The position numbers were made by a program, and so were the translations under genes. Positions 45,627 to 59,127 of a DNA stretch of 64,000 nt are shown in pieces. The stretch's first letter is position 1. Each line of letters opens with the position of its first letter. The stretch is taken from positions 92,194,001-92,258,000 of the forward strand of contig NC_135898.1 of NCBI RefSeq assembly GCF_964194155.1, given 5' to 3'. The notes under the pieces were generated by a model that did no database searches, had not been told where the DNA came from, and saw only the letters and a list, made by a program, of their open reading frames with translations. The stretch comes from Cetorhinus maximus. Taxonomy: Eukaryota.

Positions 45627-48600
45627 GCTCGGCACAGACTCACTAAGCATAACAGGAACCTATATGGCGCAGTATCACCCTGGGGAGACATCCTGGTCCT
45701 CTAGGGCATTGGAGGAACCTCATGAGGTGCTCAAACCGACTTGCTGTTCGATGGACTTCTTCTGAGTGTCCTACGCCAATGACCTTTTGAGGCGGAGTGA
45801 CTCCTGTCAAAAAAGTCCCAACATGCCAGCAAAGCACACGGAACATGGCCTGTCGGGTAGCAAGGGATCGAGGATAGCAACACAATCGCAAAACCTGGCT
45901 CGGGCTTCTTTCTTTGAATGGACTTGCCTATCCTTGGTTCCATGATGACTGGCTACATTGCTGCTTAAATTCAAACGTGGGTTTGGCTCTTGTTCCTAAT
46001 CAAACCAGATCTATCGACATGTTCCACACAGCCTGCCCAGTCGATCAGACCATCCTTTCCATTACTCAAGTGTACCTTTCCTTGGGGAAATAGCGTGGAA
46101 ATGAGTTTGGGGAATAGAGTGTGCAAAGGCTTGGCGGAACGAGCAATGAATATTTGTGAGAACCTGTGTTTTTAATTGAAGGCTGCAGATCAAATGTTGG
46201 AACTGCTGATTTCTTTCCTTTTTTTTTCTCTCTGCTTACTCATGGCTGTTCATTCCTGAACTCTGAGTGGAAATGAAATCCCAGGGAGCTTTGAGGGAAA
46301 ACGTCGGACACAGCCCTTGATAAAAGATAGGCAGAATTCCAGAGCTGGAAGTAATGAACCTTAACTTTCCCAATCACATCAGGTGCTCACTCGCTAAGGG
46401 ACTATATTGGCTGTATTATTGATCAGTCACTAAACCACCAATCAGAGATTAACCAGCAACAGCGAGCAGGGTACCGACTTAAAGAACAGTAAAACCACCA
46501 ACTCCAGACTATTAGCCACAACGTTTGTGTCCATTTTTTAATGGTTGTGCTGTGCTAACCACAGGACATTACGGGTCACATGACTAGAAGGAACTCAGGA
46601 GCAGCTGTAATCGAGTCACACAAAGTTTAAGTAAATTGAAATAACTGACCAAGTAAAACTTGTAAATCAAAGTCGAACAAATTAATTTGCGTATGTTTCA
46701 AAACCCATTTCTTTGTGTGTCTCTACACGGTGGTACAGGAGGACCATTAAAGGCACATACCTATCAGCGATGGTACAGGAGAGCCTGTGAAATAATTATT
46801 CTTTAACAAGAAGAGGAGTGGGTTTTTCTGGCAGATTACTGGCGCTAACCCACAGCTGCTCCGGGCATATCCTTCCCTCGGAGTTTTCAAACTTTTACCT
46901 GGCAGGCTAACCTGCTGCAACCATAGCAACTTGCGTTGATATAGTGCCTTCAAGGCAGTGAAGCTGCAGCTGATGTTATGATTCCGACCTGCGGAAGGGT
47001 GACTATCCGTTGATGTTCTGCTGTCGTCTCATTGATAGGACATTTGGCAGTAACTGGGCCATAAGTTGCCAAGGACAGCAGGGATGATAAATACTTTCAT
47101 GGCACCATAACCCCAGTGTTTTGATGTTAATGTAACATTCACTGATTTTGCCTTATTTTGAGGTTCGATGTTCAAATCTTCAAATAACCAATTGTCACTG
47201 AGGCTGGTGGGAGGATAATTTTATCCATGATTTATGGGAATCACTGGTGCCCTCTTCTGGTGATCTGCAGCATAACCAACAACAACCGAGAAACGTCAAA
47301 TAAGGTTTCCCTACAATGGAATTAATTAGCTGTCTATTAATTACTGGCTGATCTGTAATGACTAAAGGCCATTCTGAATCTAAACAATAGCTGAGGTACA
47401 ATAGAGAAGCTTTGAGGGGCAATTTCCTTCATGTTCTATACGCAGTTAATATGATAAATGCAATCTTTGTGAGCAGGCTTATGACTTGGTTGCTCACGAT
47501 CAATTTCTTCCTGGTCACCAAATAAGTTAAGAGGCTTTTCCATAAAGGAAAAGTGGTACAACTAGGGTTAGAATCAAAGCCATGATGGCACAGATGGAGG
47601 CCATACAGCTCACCGGGTCCATGTTGGCTCTCTGTAGAGTAATCCTGTCAGTCCCATTCCTCTGATTTATCCTCCTTAGCTCAGCAGATTCATTTCCCTC
47701 AAAGGTTCATCCAATTTCCTTTTGAAATCATTCATCGTCTCAACTCCCACGGCCCTACTATGCAGCGAGTTCCAGGACATTACCACTCGCAGTGTTAAAA
47801 GGCTCTTCCTCACCTCACCTCACCCCGCCCCCCACCTCTGTCACCCAGAATCTTAAAACCTGTGTCACCTTTCTTTCCCCATATCTGCACTCCTGCAGAT
47901 TGAGTTGACATGAACGCTTGTGGAGAGGTTGCTGCCGGTATGTCCTTCACGTTCTCCAACTGGAGAGGTCGTCGTGAGTCTGGCACGGACATGTTGTAGA
48001 ATTCGTAGCCTGGGCTTCTCTCACCAGGCAGCACAGCTATCGCAAACTTATTTCATGCTCCTTGACCCAACGCCATGTGACATCTGTTTCAACACAGCTT
48101 CCCTAATTCAAGAGCCTGCCCAAATCTTTCACTGTGACAGGACACCGCTGCCAGTGTTGTTAGTGCTTGATTTGGCCATGGGTTTGATTACTTTCAACTT
48201 TTCCCCCATAAAGCCCATGTCCTCCTGCACAGCTGAGTGTCCGAGGTGACTGACTTGAAATTTGGACTTATTCCTATTCGGTTTCACATCGCGTCTATAT
48301 ATATGTATAAAAAAAACAGAAAATGCTGTAAGTCCAAATCCCAAGGGGGCCATACATATAAAATGGTGACTAACAATTTCAATAAGGGATCTGGGGGAGA
48401 ATCTCTTTGCCCAGATAGTCGGTAGAGTGTGGAACTGGCCACTACAAGGGGCAGCTGAAGCGAGTAGCTTGGATGCCTTTAAGTGGCAGCTAAATTAATG
48501 CAGGGGGGGAGGAAGGAGTAGGAGGATAGGCTGAAGTAATCTGTTCCAAGGCTCTTGTGAGGCGTGGACACCAGCACAGATCACTTGGGCAGAATGGCCT

Positions 48601-50078
48601 GTTTCCACATTGTAAATTCCTGTAGCACGGGATTGGCAGTATCTACAAAGCCAAAAAAGATAGGTTCACTTTTCAGGTGCTCGGAACATTTGGCAGAACT
48701 TGAGGCAGTTCCGAGGAAGAGGCTGCAGCTGAAATCTTCACCTGTTTCCTTCTTGTATAAGTACCATCTGGCTTGCTGCACATTTCCAGCATTTTCTATT
48801 TCTATTTCAGATTCCAACATTTAACATGTTTTTTTTTAATTTATCTTCACATTGTGTGTGTTTTTCTCACTTGGCATATTTTTCACCTTCTGGTCAGGCT
48901 AGTGTTTGTTCTGCCTTTAAATCAGGCCATGCAGTATTTCCACTCCTTTCCTGTCATTCAGCAGCTGTGACTGTACGTACTGGAGGTTTTCTGAAGCTGA
49001 GGCGATCCCCAAAGGACGTTGTGGTATATCTGTCAAAAGGATGATTCACGACTTGGATGAGTCTCCGTCAAAAAGTACTTGTTAGCAGCTCGAAATTACA
49101 TTAAGCAAGCGTGCTAAAGATTCCGGCATTCCATAATCATTGCAGCACTTCCTGTAACGTGCCTCCCCAGGATAATCCCTTTTTCTTTGGCTTTATTTAA
49201 ATCTTTAGAGTCAATTCTCACTCATTCTCTGATTGACGACTATCTGTCCCCATATTGCTAACCCACTGGTCTCAGGCACGACAGTAACGTTTCTGCTATC
49301 CCGCACTCCGCCACTGGAATTCTCCACCAATCGGAATTTTGGGAGCGGGTCTGTTTTTTGATTGGCGACGTCAGACTCACTGGTCAGTAGCCTGTCCTCT
49401 CTCCAGCCCCAGCCTCCCACTGCCTTGCAGCACCATCGTCCCGCTGCACCCGCTCACTTGATTCACGGTCACCCTCTCGGGACCTCGACAGCCATGTCAT
49501 CAACCTGGAGCTTCCTCATTGGACGAAAATGTAGCAGTCACCTTACATCTCAGTTAACCGGCGTGTTCGTTAACCAGCACCTCCCACTCCCCGGAGCGTG
49601 CCGGGTAATAGAGATTTTCCTGTTTGACTTTCTTTATCACATTTCTCCGATCCATCTAGCTCATCAGGAATTTACCAAAAAGTGTGACTAAACTTTTCTC
49701 TGATTTATAACTGGTCGAACACGTTGTTCATTCTTGTCTTCATGTTTCCCTCATTTCAACAGTTCAGAAAGTGCTCCATTGGCTGGAAAGGGGTTTGAGG
49801 TGTCCAGTAGCTGTGTAACTTCCAGGCTTTATTGTCTGTCTTTATATTTATGCGCCGAATCACATTTTTCTAGTCACTTAATGCTGTGCACAGAACGCTT
49901 CATCAATTAAACTCGCTCAATCTTCACTACCTGTTAACTCAAGTTGAGTTCCTATGTCTGGATTCCAAACTTGACAACATTATCATTACCTCCCACTTTG
50001 GCAATGACTGTTCTTCTGTCTGAATCACACCCCAAAAATAACTGTCATTCTGCCTCTCAGGCTGTCTCCCCGCTCTGT

Positions 50079-50727
50079 GGGCGGAATTTTAAGTCCCGTA
50101 GGCGGGCGCCTGCCCCACCCGATCGGATGTAAGATCGCGTGAGGAGAGGCCGAGCGAGCGTCCGGACGTCACCGCGCACTCCTGCGATGTTTCACTCGGC
50201 GGGCGCGCGCATGAAGGTCAGAAGCCCGCCAGCTGACCATTAGGAGGGCAATTAAGCCCATTAACGGCGCAATTGCCTCCGGTTTCTCATAACCCGCCCG
50301 ACCTTACAGGTGGCAGACGGGGTGAATCGGCAAAGGCGGCCTTCACATTCTTCATCAAACCTCATCCAAGGGCGGGATGAAATCTTCGCTATGAACTAAA
50401 ATAAAAATAAATATCTGCAGACGGCACTTTTATCAGCGACGTTTTCAGGTGCTTTTTTTTTTTGCAGCTTTTTTAACCTTTTTATTTGATCCGTTTTTGG
50501 GTCTGCAGCTTCCCCCCGAGGCAGCCGCTCGCCTTCGGGGAGCTTTCTCTCAGCGCGCACCCCGCGCCCACGGAAACGCCATCGCCCGCTCTCTCCCCAC
50601 CCATCCCCCACCCCAGCGGCGCTGAGCTCTCCAGCGCGCACCTCACGCTGACCGGCCGTTCATTGGCCCCCTGACTGCTCCTGGGCCCACCAATCGCACG
50701 CTCCCGCCAAAGGTAAAATTCAGGACT
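50079..50727. mobile_element. PIF/Harbinger-type MITE (~700-bp family)
   Basis: gggcggaatttt ... aaaattcagga; colinear with 58441-59127. Confidence 0.8.
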
Positions 50728-52080
50728 ATGTGTACTTTCTTTTTAATTCCCTTACTCGTCTGACGAGGATGACTTGGCTTTGCATCTCTTAGGAAAATGG
50801 TTTATCTTTGACATTGCATTCCGCATTTAGCCATAGACCGGATACTTCTTCCTTGTATCACAACTTCTCTCCCTCTGACTTTGAGATTTGTCATATTTTT
50901 TTGTCAATATTCACACTGGCTGGTGAAGAGCATTGTCAAAAACTACACACCCAGGCTTTTAGTGAGAGTAATTTGCTGTATACTGCCATGGGTGCATCTC
51001 CTACTGGGAGCAATGGAGAAGATGACAGTCAACCGTTGTCTTCTTTGGTATCTCTTTGTTATTGGGTATGAAGTACTATCTCTGTTCCGCAGATTTCTTA
51101 TAACAATAGGTGTTATAGTTACATTTATCTGTTTGCCGCTGCTCTGGAAATATCAGTTACTTTCTGTTATGTTATCATTATTAATAATTATTTTCCCCTC
51201 GGTAATCTGACTTTGACACAGTCGTTTAATTATACTGAGAGCAATTCTGCCTTGAATAAATTTGTCTACAAGGGATGTATACTCAGTATTACTTTTGCAG
51301 GCCAATTGTATATTTTTAAAAATCAATGCTTTTCCTAATATTAGACTCACATCTTCCATACATAATATTTCTCTGAAATGTAAAAATTTTCATTGCCCAT
51401 TGCCACCTTCTATCTCTATTTTATCTCCGCCTTCATTATATTAAATACACATTTGTATCGCTTCCTCACCTATTCTCGCAGCTTATTGCTGCACATCTCC
51501 TAACTTGCACCAAATCCCGTTCAGCCATCACCTCTGCGCTTGCTGATTGACATTGGCACCTGGATGGCGAAACATCAATTTTAAAAATCCCACCTTGGCG
51601 CCGATGCTACCTATCTCTATTCCTCCATCCTTGGTGGCCATACCATGAGCTGCCTAAGCACTAAATTCTGGAATTCCCTCCCTAAACCTCTCTGCCACTC
51701 TCCCTTCCTTCTCAGTTGCTCTCGTTAAACTTCCCCCTCTCACCAGGCTTTTGACCCCCCTTCTCCATTTCTCCCAGCAGGAGACGCACACGGCAGTAAA
51801 CAGTAAATTACTCTCACCGAAGCACCATAAAAGCCTGGACGTCTCGCTTTAACAATGCTCCTCACCTGACAACAAAAAAAAGGACAAATCCCAAAGTCAG
51901 GTGGAGAGACGTGGAAATGCAGGAAAAGAGGGAAAGCAACAGGAGAGAAAGTCACAGAAAAGAAGACGAGGGGCTGAATAGCCTTTTCCTGTTCTTGTGA
52001 CTTATGTGAGAATGGATCTGAGAAAGATTGTTCATAGTAAGGCCAACCCTCTAATTGAGGACGGATTTAAGACAAGACAA

Positions 52081-52529
52081 TGGCCTGAATTTAACCTTCG
52101 GTGGGCGGGGCAGGGAGCGGCCGGGGAACTGACCACTGGCCGCGTGGCCTGAATTTAACCTTTGGTGGGCGTGCATGATCGGCGGGGCCGGGAGCGGCCG
52201 GGGAACTGACTGCTGACCGCATGGCCTGAATTTAACTTTCGGTGGGCGCACACGATCGGCTGGGACGGGAGCGGCCGGGGAACTGACCACTGACCGCGTG
52301 GCCTGAATTTAACCTTCGATGGGCACGCACGATCGGTGGGGACAGGAGCGGCCAGGGAACTGACCGCTGACCACGTGGCCTGAATTTAACCTTCGGTGGG
52401 CGCGCATGATGGGCGGGGATGGGAGCGGCCAGGGAACTGACCGCTGACCGCAAGGCCTGAATTTAACCTTCGGTGGGCGCTCACGATTGGCAGGGCCGGG
52501 AGCGGCCGGGGAACTGACCGCTGACTGCA
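52081..52529. repeat. Tandem array of six MITE-terminus units (64 bp, then 77-bp period)
   Basis: Units start at 52081, 52145, 52222, 52299, 52376 and 52453, each with ggcctgaatttaac.tt.g.tgggc. Confidence 0.95.
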
Positions 52530-53149
52530 ATTGGACCCCGACTGCGATTTCACGCTGGCCGATTAACGGCCGGCAAGTGTGAACCAGGGGCTTAAAAGCT
52601 CAGCGCAGCCCTGGAGGGGTGGGGGAGGGAAGAGGGTGGGCAATGACAACACTGCGTGTGCAGGCGTGCGCCGTGAGAGAGCTTCCCGGAGGCACAGCGC
52701 TGCCCACAGGGGGCTGCAGACATTCAAATAATGAAATGAAGGTTTAAAAAGCTGCCAGAAAATGTCCCCGTGCATCACTATCAAGCACCGGGAAATACAC
52801 CTCATAAAACTGCTGCCCAGATATTTATTTTAATTTTATTTCATAACGAAGATTTCCTCCCGTCCTTGGATGATGTTTGATGAGAAATGTAAAGGCCTCC
52901 TGGCCGATTGGTCTGTCCGCTGACCGTAAAGCTGGACGGGCCGCGAAAAATCAGAGACAATTGCGCTGTTAATGGGCTTAATTACCCTCTTAATTGTCAG
53001 AGGGCGCGCTTCTGACTTTTGTGTGTGCCCGCCAAGAGAAATATCACGCAAACACACGATGATGTTGGGACGCTCGTCCAACACCTAGCGCGATTGTACA
53101 CCCGATCGGGATGGGCGCGCGTCCATCCACGGGACATACAATCCTGCCC
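52453..53149. mobile_element. PIF/Harbinger-type MITE (inverted relative to the 58441 copy)
   Basis: The last array unit continues into a full MITE body ending acaatcctgccc. Confidence 0.8.
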
Positions 53150-53924
53150 AGTATAATCTTGTGTTGTTATTTGTTGACTTGGGTATCTGGCTCCTGACTG
53201 AAAATGTTGTGCTCCGAATTTGCCTGATGCTGGTCAGGCGGAGGGAACCCCCTGATACATTGACCTGGGAATCGTAGGGGCTGAATTTCCATCCCAAGTC
53301 ACAGGGTGGGGTTGGGGAATGCCGGGAATATCGCAGCCCCGAGCTGTAGCTGACCTCCCATGCTCTGAGGGCGGACTGCTCACAGCTGCCCCTGTCTCGG
53401 TCACCTCCTCCTGCTCACATATGAGGCGCTGGTCTCCTTTTGCCACCCGTTCCGAACGGGTGACATTCCACTGAGGTGAGTGTTTCTGCGCTGACGGAGA
53501 GCGCGTTTAGCTGCTGTGACGGTGGTGGTGCCTCGGAAGGACCTTCCTGGTCTGAAATTCCTGCACAGTTGTATGCCCCTCGACAGCTGGCCCTGTGGGA
53601 GAGCGATAAGACATTGCTTAAGAAATCTCTTCCTCTGTTAGTAGCCGCTTATCCAAAGCTGCAGCAGTGGATAACAGCTTACGCTTTGACACACACAAGG
53701 ACAGAGATTCATCCCCTTCACATGGAAATACAGTAAATGCTTTCACCTGCTCTGGGATGGACACCCGTCTGCCTTCGCCAACTTCCTGCTGAGCTGCCAC
53801 CTTGGCAGGTTCAAAGCCTCCTGCTCCTCCATTGCTGCCAGTAAAGCGAGATATACCAAGCATGAGAGAGTTAAGAGCATGGTGCTCTCCCTCAACACTT
53901 ATACAGCTCACACAATTTCTTTTT

Positions 53925-54236
53925 TATTTGTTCATGGGATGAGGGTGTCGCTGGCTTAGGCCAGCATTTATTGCCCATCCCTAATTGCCCTTGTTCAGAG
54001 GGCATTTAAGAGTCAACCACATTGCTGTGGGTCGGGAGTCACATGTAGACCAGGCCAGGTAAGGACAGCAGTGAACATTAGTTTTTACAACAATCAGCAA
54101 TGGTTTCACAGTCATCGTCATAGAATTCAAATTTCAACCTCTGCCATTGTGGGATTTGAACCTGGGTCCCCAGAGCATTGCCCAGGGTCTCTGGAATATT
54201 GGTCCAGTGATAATACCACCATGCCATCACCTCCCC
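53925..54236 (-). mobile_element. tRNA-derived SINE with LINE A tail (internal deletions)
   Basis: Reverse complement of the 6078-6425 family. Confidence 0.75.
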
Positions 54237-54424
54237 TGATGTCTCCTGTTTCTCCAGTGCCGCCTCCTCCACAGGTGCTTGTGGTGTGAGGGTTGCCCAC
54301 AGCTCAGGAGTGCAGCTGGGCACACCTTTCCTCACTGTTCCTGAGCACCAGATGCCTCCAGGCTGCGCGGCTCATCTGTGGGTGACTCAAGATCTAGACG
54401 CCTGCCATCTGGGTATTGCATTGC

Positions 54425-54880
54425 ACTCAACTTGCCAGACCTCAGAAAATCATTGAAGCATTTCCTGCACCACACCCATCCTGCGGCTGCTCACCCCCTG
54501 AGCCACTTCCATCCATTCCCACTCCGCCTGACTGTCTGACCCCCTCCTGCCACTCTCCGGATACAGGACCCGCTTCCGGGCTGCCACCACCTTTAACAGC
54601 GCCTTCAGGGAGGCGTTGGCGAATACTGGGACCGCCCTCCCATGGTGCACGCCATGCTGCTGCTCCACTGCATTCTGGCCCCTGTCATCGCCCAGGCCAC
54701 TGGCGTCCACAATCTTTCGGGTGTCCTTTAAATTGGGCTCGCCCGTTGGCATCCTGCCTCCTCAGCACGTTCACCATGACCAAACTGGCCTCTGTCAAAA
54801 TGCTGCCAGACATCGGGCAGCGGCATCGAGTGGGGTTCAGTCCCAGAAATGGTACCTGCCTCGGGGTCCTGACCCGGGAA
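54425..54880 (-). pseudogene. Second Harbinger-derived Myb/SANT-like exon relic with adjacent element terminus
   Basis: RAVPVFANASLKALLKVVAARKRVLYPESGRR...WMEVAQGVSSR(frameshift)CRKCFNDFLRSGK. Terminus-like ggaattcaggcc near 54878-54888. Confidence 0.6.
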
Positions 54881-54889
54881 TTCAGGCCA

Positions 54890-55665
54890 CAGCACAAAAG
54901 GAGGCCGTTCAGCCTGTCGTATCTGCGCCAGCCCTCTATCAACCAGTGCCAGTCTCCCCGCCCTTTCCACATAGCCCTGCAAATTGTTCCCTTTCAGAGG
55001 TTTATCCAATTCCCCTTTGAAAGTCACAATTCAATCTGCCTCCACACCCACAGAGTGCATTCCACACCCTAACCACACGCAGCGTTAAAAAAGCTTTTCC
55101 TCGCGTCACCTTTGGTTCTTTTGCCAATCGACTTAAATCTGTGCCCTCTGGTTCTCTAACCTTCTGCCAGTGGGAATAGTTTCTATTTACTCTGCCTAGG
55201 CCCCTCATGCTCTTCAAAACCTCCATCCAAACTCCTCTCAACACCTTCTTCTACTTAAGGAGATCAGCCCCAACTTCTCCAATCTACCCATGTAACAAAT
55301 TTCCCTCATACTTGGAGCTATTCTCACAAATCCTTTCTGCAACTTGTTTAAAGCCTTCACATCCTTCCTGAAGTATAGTACCCAGAATTGAACACAACAC
55401 TGCAGTTGAGGCCAAATCAATGTTTTATAAAGGTTCATCATTGCTTTTATACTCTATGCTACGATTTATAAAGTCCAGCAACCCACATGCCTTTTTTTTT
55501 TAGCCACTTTCTCATACTGTACTTCAATGGTTTGTGCACCCATACTCCCAGGTTTCCCTGTTCCTGCACTCCTTTTTGAATTGTACTCTTTTTATTTTGC
55601 CTCTTTGTTGATCTTCTTACCAAAATGGATCACTTCGCACTTTTCTGTGTTAAGTTTCATCTCCA
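54890..55665 (-). mobile_element. CR1 family B (HER1-like) fragment
   Basis: NLYKTLIWPQLQCCVQFW...KDVKAL...RLEKLGL and RVVRVWNAL. Confidence 0.8.
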
Positions 55666-56377
55666 GTGGTCCTAGTGTCGACCTCTTGGCACCCCACTAT
55701 ACACCGTCCTCCACTCCACAGCTATTCATCACTACTCTCTTTTTCATCTCACTTTGTATCCATAATGTTCGGCACATTTGTTCTCAGAGATAAATTGTCT
55801 TCCTTTCCTTGCTGAACCTGATTGATGATCTCGTGCTGATGTCGTTGTTGTGTTCTGACATGCAGTTAGAATTATTCAGCTTGCAAGAAGTTGCTAATGG
55901 GCCTGTTTGGCCTAATGATGTTCCTCTTGTTCCTAGAGATTCACAATCCCCAATGTTCTAACAATAGGTGCTGCAGGTTTGCTTGTGTGGTGAATCCCCA
56001 GAGAAAGCTGTGGCGATGCAGTTTTAGTTAGTAGGCTGCGAGGAGTCTGAACACTGGGCTTTCATCTCCTCCCTAAGCGAAATCAAAGGCTGTGCTTCTT
56101 TATTTATCCTTCAAAGTAATTTCTCTCTCTCAGAAATGGCTGCGAGCAAACTCTCAGGAGGCATCTTAGACTTGCCAATGGAGCAGTTAGAGGGTGTCTT
56201 TTTTAGGAACATGTTTCTAGCTTTGTTTTAGATTCATTTTTGTATTTGTTGAGCTGAAGGGTGTGAATCGTGGGAAATTGGAACATTTCCTCTTTTTTTT
56301 TGAATCAAGCAGACATCAAACATTCCAACGTCAGCTCTAGAATGTGCTAGCGATATCGTCCCAGGATAAAGGATTGG

Positions 56378-56627
56378 TCATTTAGGACTGAGAGGGGGAG
56401 AAATTTCTTCACTCAAAGGGTTGTGGATCTCCAGAATTCTCGAGCCCAGAGATGCTCAGTGGCTGAAATATTCGAGATAGAGGTTGGTAGATTTTTGGGC
56501 ACTAAGGGAATTAAGGGAGAAGGGGATAGTGCAGAGAAGTGGAGCTGAGGTAGAAGATCATCCCAATTCTTATTAAATGGCAGAGCAGGCTTGAAGGACC
56601 CGATGTCCTTTACCTGCTGCTTTTTAT
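56378..56627 (+). mobile_element. CR1 family B 3' end
   Basis: tttaggactgag...gagaaatttcttcactcaaagggttgtg...aatggcagagcaggcttgaagg. Confidence 0.75.
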
Positions 56628-56629
56628 AA

Positions 56630-57260
56630 GGGCCTGAATTTTGTGTTCCGAGATCCGAACGCACGTGAAATTGACGTAATCACGCATATGCGTGCAATTT
56701 TGAGGTTGGCGGGCGCTGACAATTTAAAGGCCAAGTAAGATCATTCAAAACCCGATTTTACATTACCCGTCCAATTTTACAGTTGGTGGACGGGCCAATC
56801 GGCTTGGCAGGCTTCACGATTTTGTTACCACCTCGATTCCGGGCGGGATGAAATGTCCGGCATGAAATATCATTTTTAAAAATGTCCGGTGACTGAGGTT
56901 TTTTTTTGAGTTCTGCTGTCAGGTGCTGCGTAGACACAGTTTGCTGCATTTTCCCTTCCCGTTTAATATGTCCAGGTCGGCAGCTCCTTGAAGCAGCTCT
57001 GCAGCCGCTTGTCTCCCTTCAGGGAGTTTGATTGACGTGCCCACCCGCCCCCTCACTTTTATCGGCGCCCGGCCTCTTCCTGCCCTCCCCACCCCCCAGC
57101 AACGCTGAGCTTTTCTCAGTGCACGTTTCACACTGGCTGCCTGGTAACTGACCAGCCAACGTGAAATTACGTTTGGGGGCCGATCGCAGACGGAAGCGCA
57201 TTTTGCATCCACTTCCGGACCTGCCAATTGCGTGTGCCCGACGAGGGGAAGATTCAGGCC
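56630..57260. mobile_element. PIF/Harbinger-type MITE
   Basis: Termini gggcctgaatttt ... aagattcaggcc. Confidence 0.75.
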
Positions 57261-58440
57261 TATGTTTGTATGAAGGCTCCCCTTCAAAGTATCGTAATTC
57301 CAGCCTTGCTGCACCAGTTGAATAGTTCTGTTTCCCACGCAAGTACGACCTCTCTGAATGAGATTACCAATTAGTGTTAAGTTATGGACAGTTTCAATCC
57401 CCCAACTGCAAATGTCACCCCTTCCCACCTCCCCTCCCCACCACAATCGGATCCCCTCGATCACTGACTCTTCTCAAGGTCACCGACCACTTCCACCCCT
57501 TTGTGGTCGCCAACACTCTCATCTCTGCTCCAGATCTCTTCCGCAATCAACCCTGAGCCCCCTAAAATACACTAGGCCCTCACCCATCCACCCCAACCAC
57601 CCTTGCGGTCCTCCAACCTGCACAAGCCCACCACTGTTCCTGGGCTTCAGCCTCTTGTGCAGTGATCCCCAGTCGACGAGACAGTGTAAGCCTGTCAGTC
57701 AGGATGGATGGCTCCTTGGCAGGGAATCCTGTTCAGAGGAAATCCAAGCTGCTGTAGAGTTAAAACTCCACAGCATTCAAGTCGCCAGAACTGCATCCCC
57801 TGGCTTGGAAATCATATCCCAGTGAAGATCAGGGCCATTGACTCAGAGTCGCCCAAATAGCTGTTGATAACCTAAAAGGTGATGTAATTCAATGGAAGAA
57901 AAGTGGTGGGAATCAGAATGTCTGCAGATGACAGTGCAGGATGATAAGAACAGTTGCAGATGTTAATCGCATGCCTACGTAGAGCAAGGTTAAATTAAAT
58001 GTTAATGGATGAGTTGGCAACGGTGATCCATCTGCGTTAGGCAACAGAGCTTTTCAGCCAATAATGTCCATAGCTGCTCGGTTGGTTTACAGTAAAAAGA
58101 AACCTAATTTAGGCCCTTACTTATACAGGTTACTTCATCCTTGACTCAATGATTCTCCCAACTGACACTTCTATACAATACTTAGGGAGAAGATATAGTT
58201 GGAGATGAAATCCTTAGATGAAACATTAAATTGAAGCCCATCTATCTGTTCTAGTTGTTACAGGTGGATGTTGAAGATCATAAGGCACAAATTCATAAAA
58301 TTTACAGCACAGGAACAGGCCCTTTCATCCAACCTCATATTCATGTGAGCCTCCTCCCACGTAACTTTTGCACGTTCTTCCATGTCTTTCTCCCTCACGT
58401 GTTCTTTAAAAGCATCGATGTTATTGACTCCAACGACTCG

Positions 58441-59127
58441 AGGCAGAATTTTACACCCTGCAGGCGGGCGGGTGCACGCCCCCTGACCCGATCGGGCGTA
58501 ACATCGCCCGAGAAAACATCGGGCGGGCATCCCAGTGTCATCAAGCCCTCGAGCGATGTTTCGCTTGGTGGGCACATGCAAAAGTCAGAAGCGCACCCGC
58601 CGAAAATTAAGAGGGCAACTAAGCCCATTAACGGCGCAATTTTCTCCAATTTCTTTTGGAGCCCATCCAACCTTACGGTTGGCGGACCGGCCAATCGGCC
58701 AGGCGGCCTTCGCATTTTTCATCGAAACTCATCCAAGGACGGGATGGAATCTCCGTCATAAAATAAAATGAAAATAAACACCCGTGGACAGTATTTTTAT
58801 GAGGTATATTTTCAGGTGCTTGATTGCGATGCACGGACTTCTTCTCGGCAGCTTTTTAAACCTTTATTTAATCATTTGCAGGTCTGCAGCCCCCAGGGGC
58901 AGCTGTCTGCTTTCAGGGAGCTCTCTCACAGCGCTCACCCCGCTCCCGCGACGACCATCATCGCCCGCCCTCTTCCCGCCCCCCACCCCGGCAGCGCCGA
59001 GCATTTCAGCCCGTGTTTCACGCTGGCCGACTGTTAATTGGCCAGCCAATTGGGGGCCAATTGCGGCTGGGGGTCCGTTTCCTGACAGGCCGTGAGCCCA
59101 TCCCGCCAAGGGTCAAAATTCAGGCCC
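58441..59127. mobile_element. PIF/Harbinger-type MITE (~690 bp)
   Basis: aggcagaatttt ... aaaattcaggccc; CpG-rich; homologous to the other copies. Confidence 0.8.

Noticed and set aside
46420-46570. Cluster of aaccac (RUNX-like) words
   Set aside because: Only one full consensus site; not distinguishable from chance without conservation data.
50881-51210. Hydrophobic 109-aa ORF resembling a membrane protein
   Set aside because: T-rich composition, non-ATG start, overlap with an inverted-repeat arm and no family motif.
52081-52529. CRISPR-like regular array
   Set aside because: Whole 77-bp units are homologous with no unique spacers, the unit is a MITE terminus, there are no cas genes, and the context is eukaryotic.
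58258-59109. Several GC-rich overlapping ORFs and a CpG-island-like signal
   Set aside because: Explained by a multicopy MITE, not a promoter or gene.
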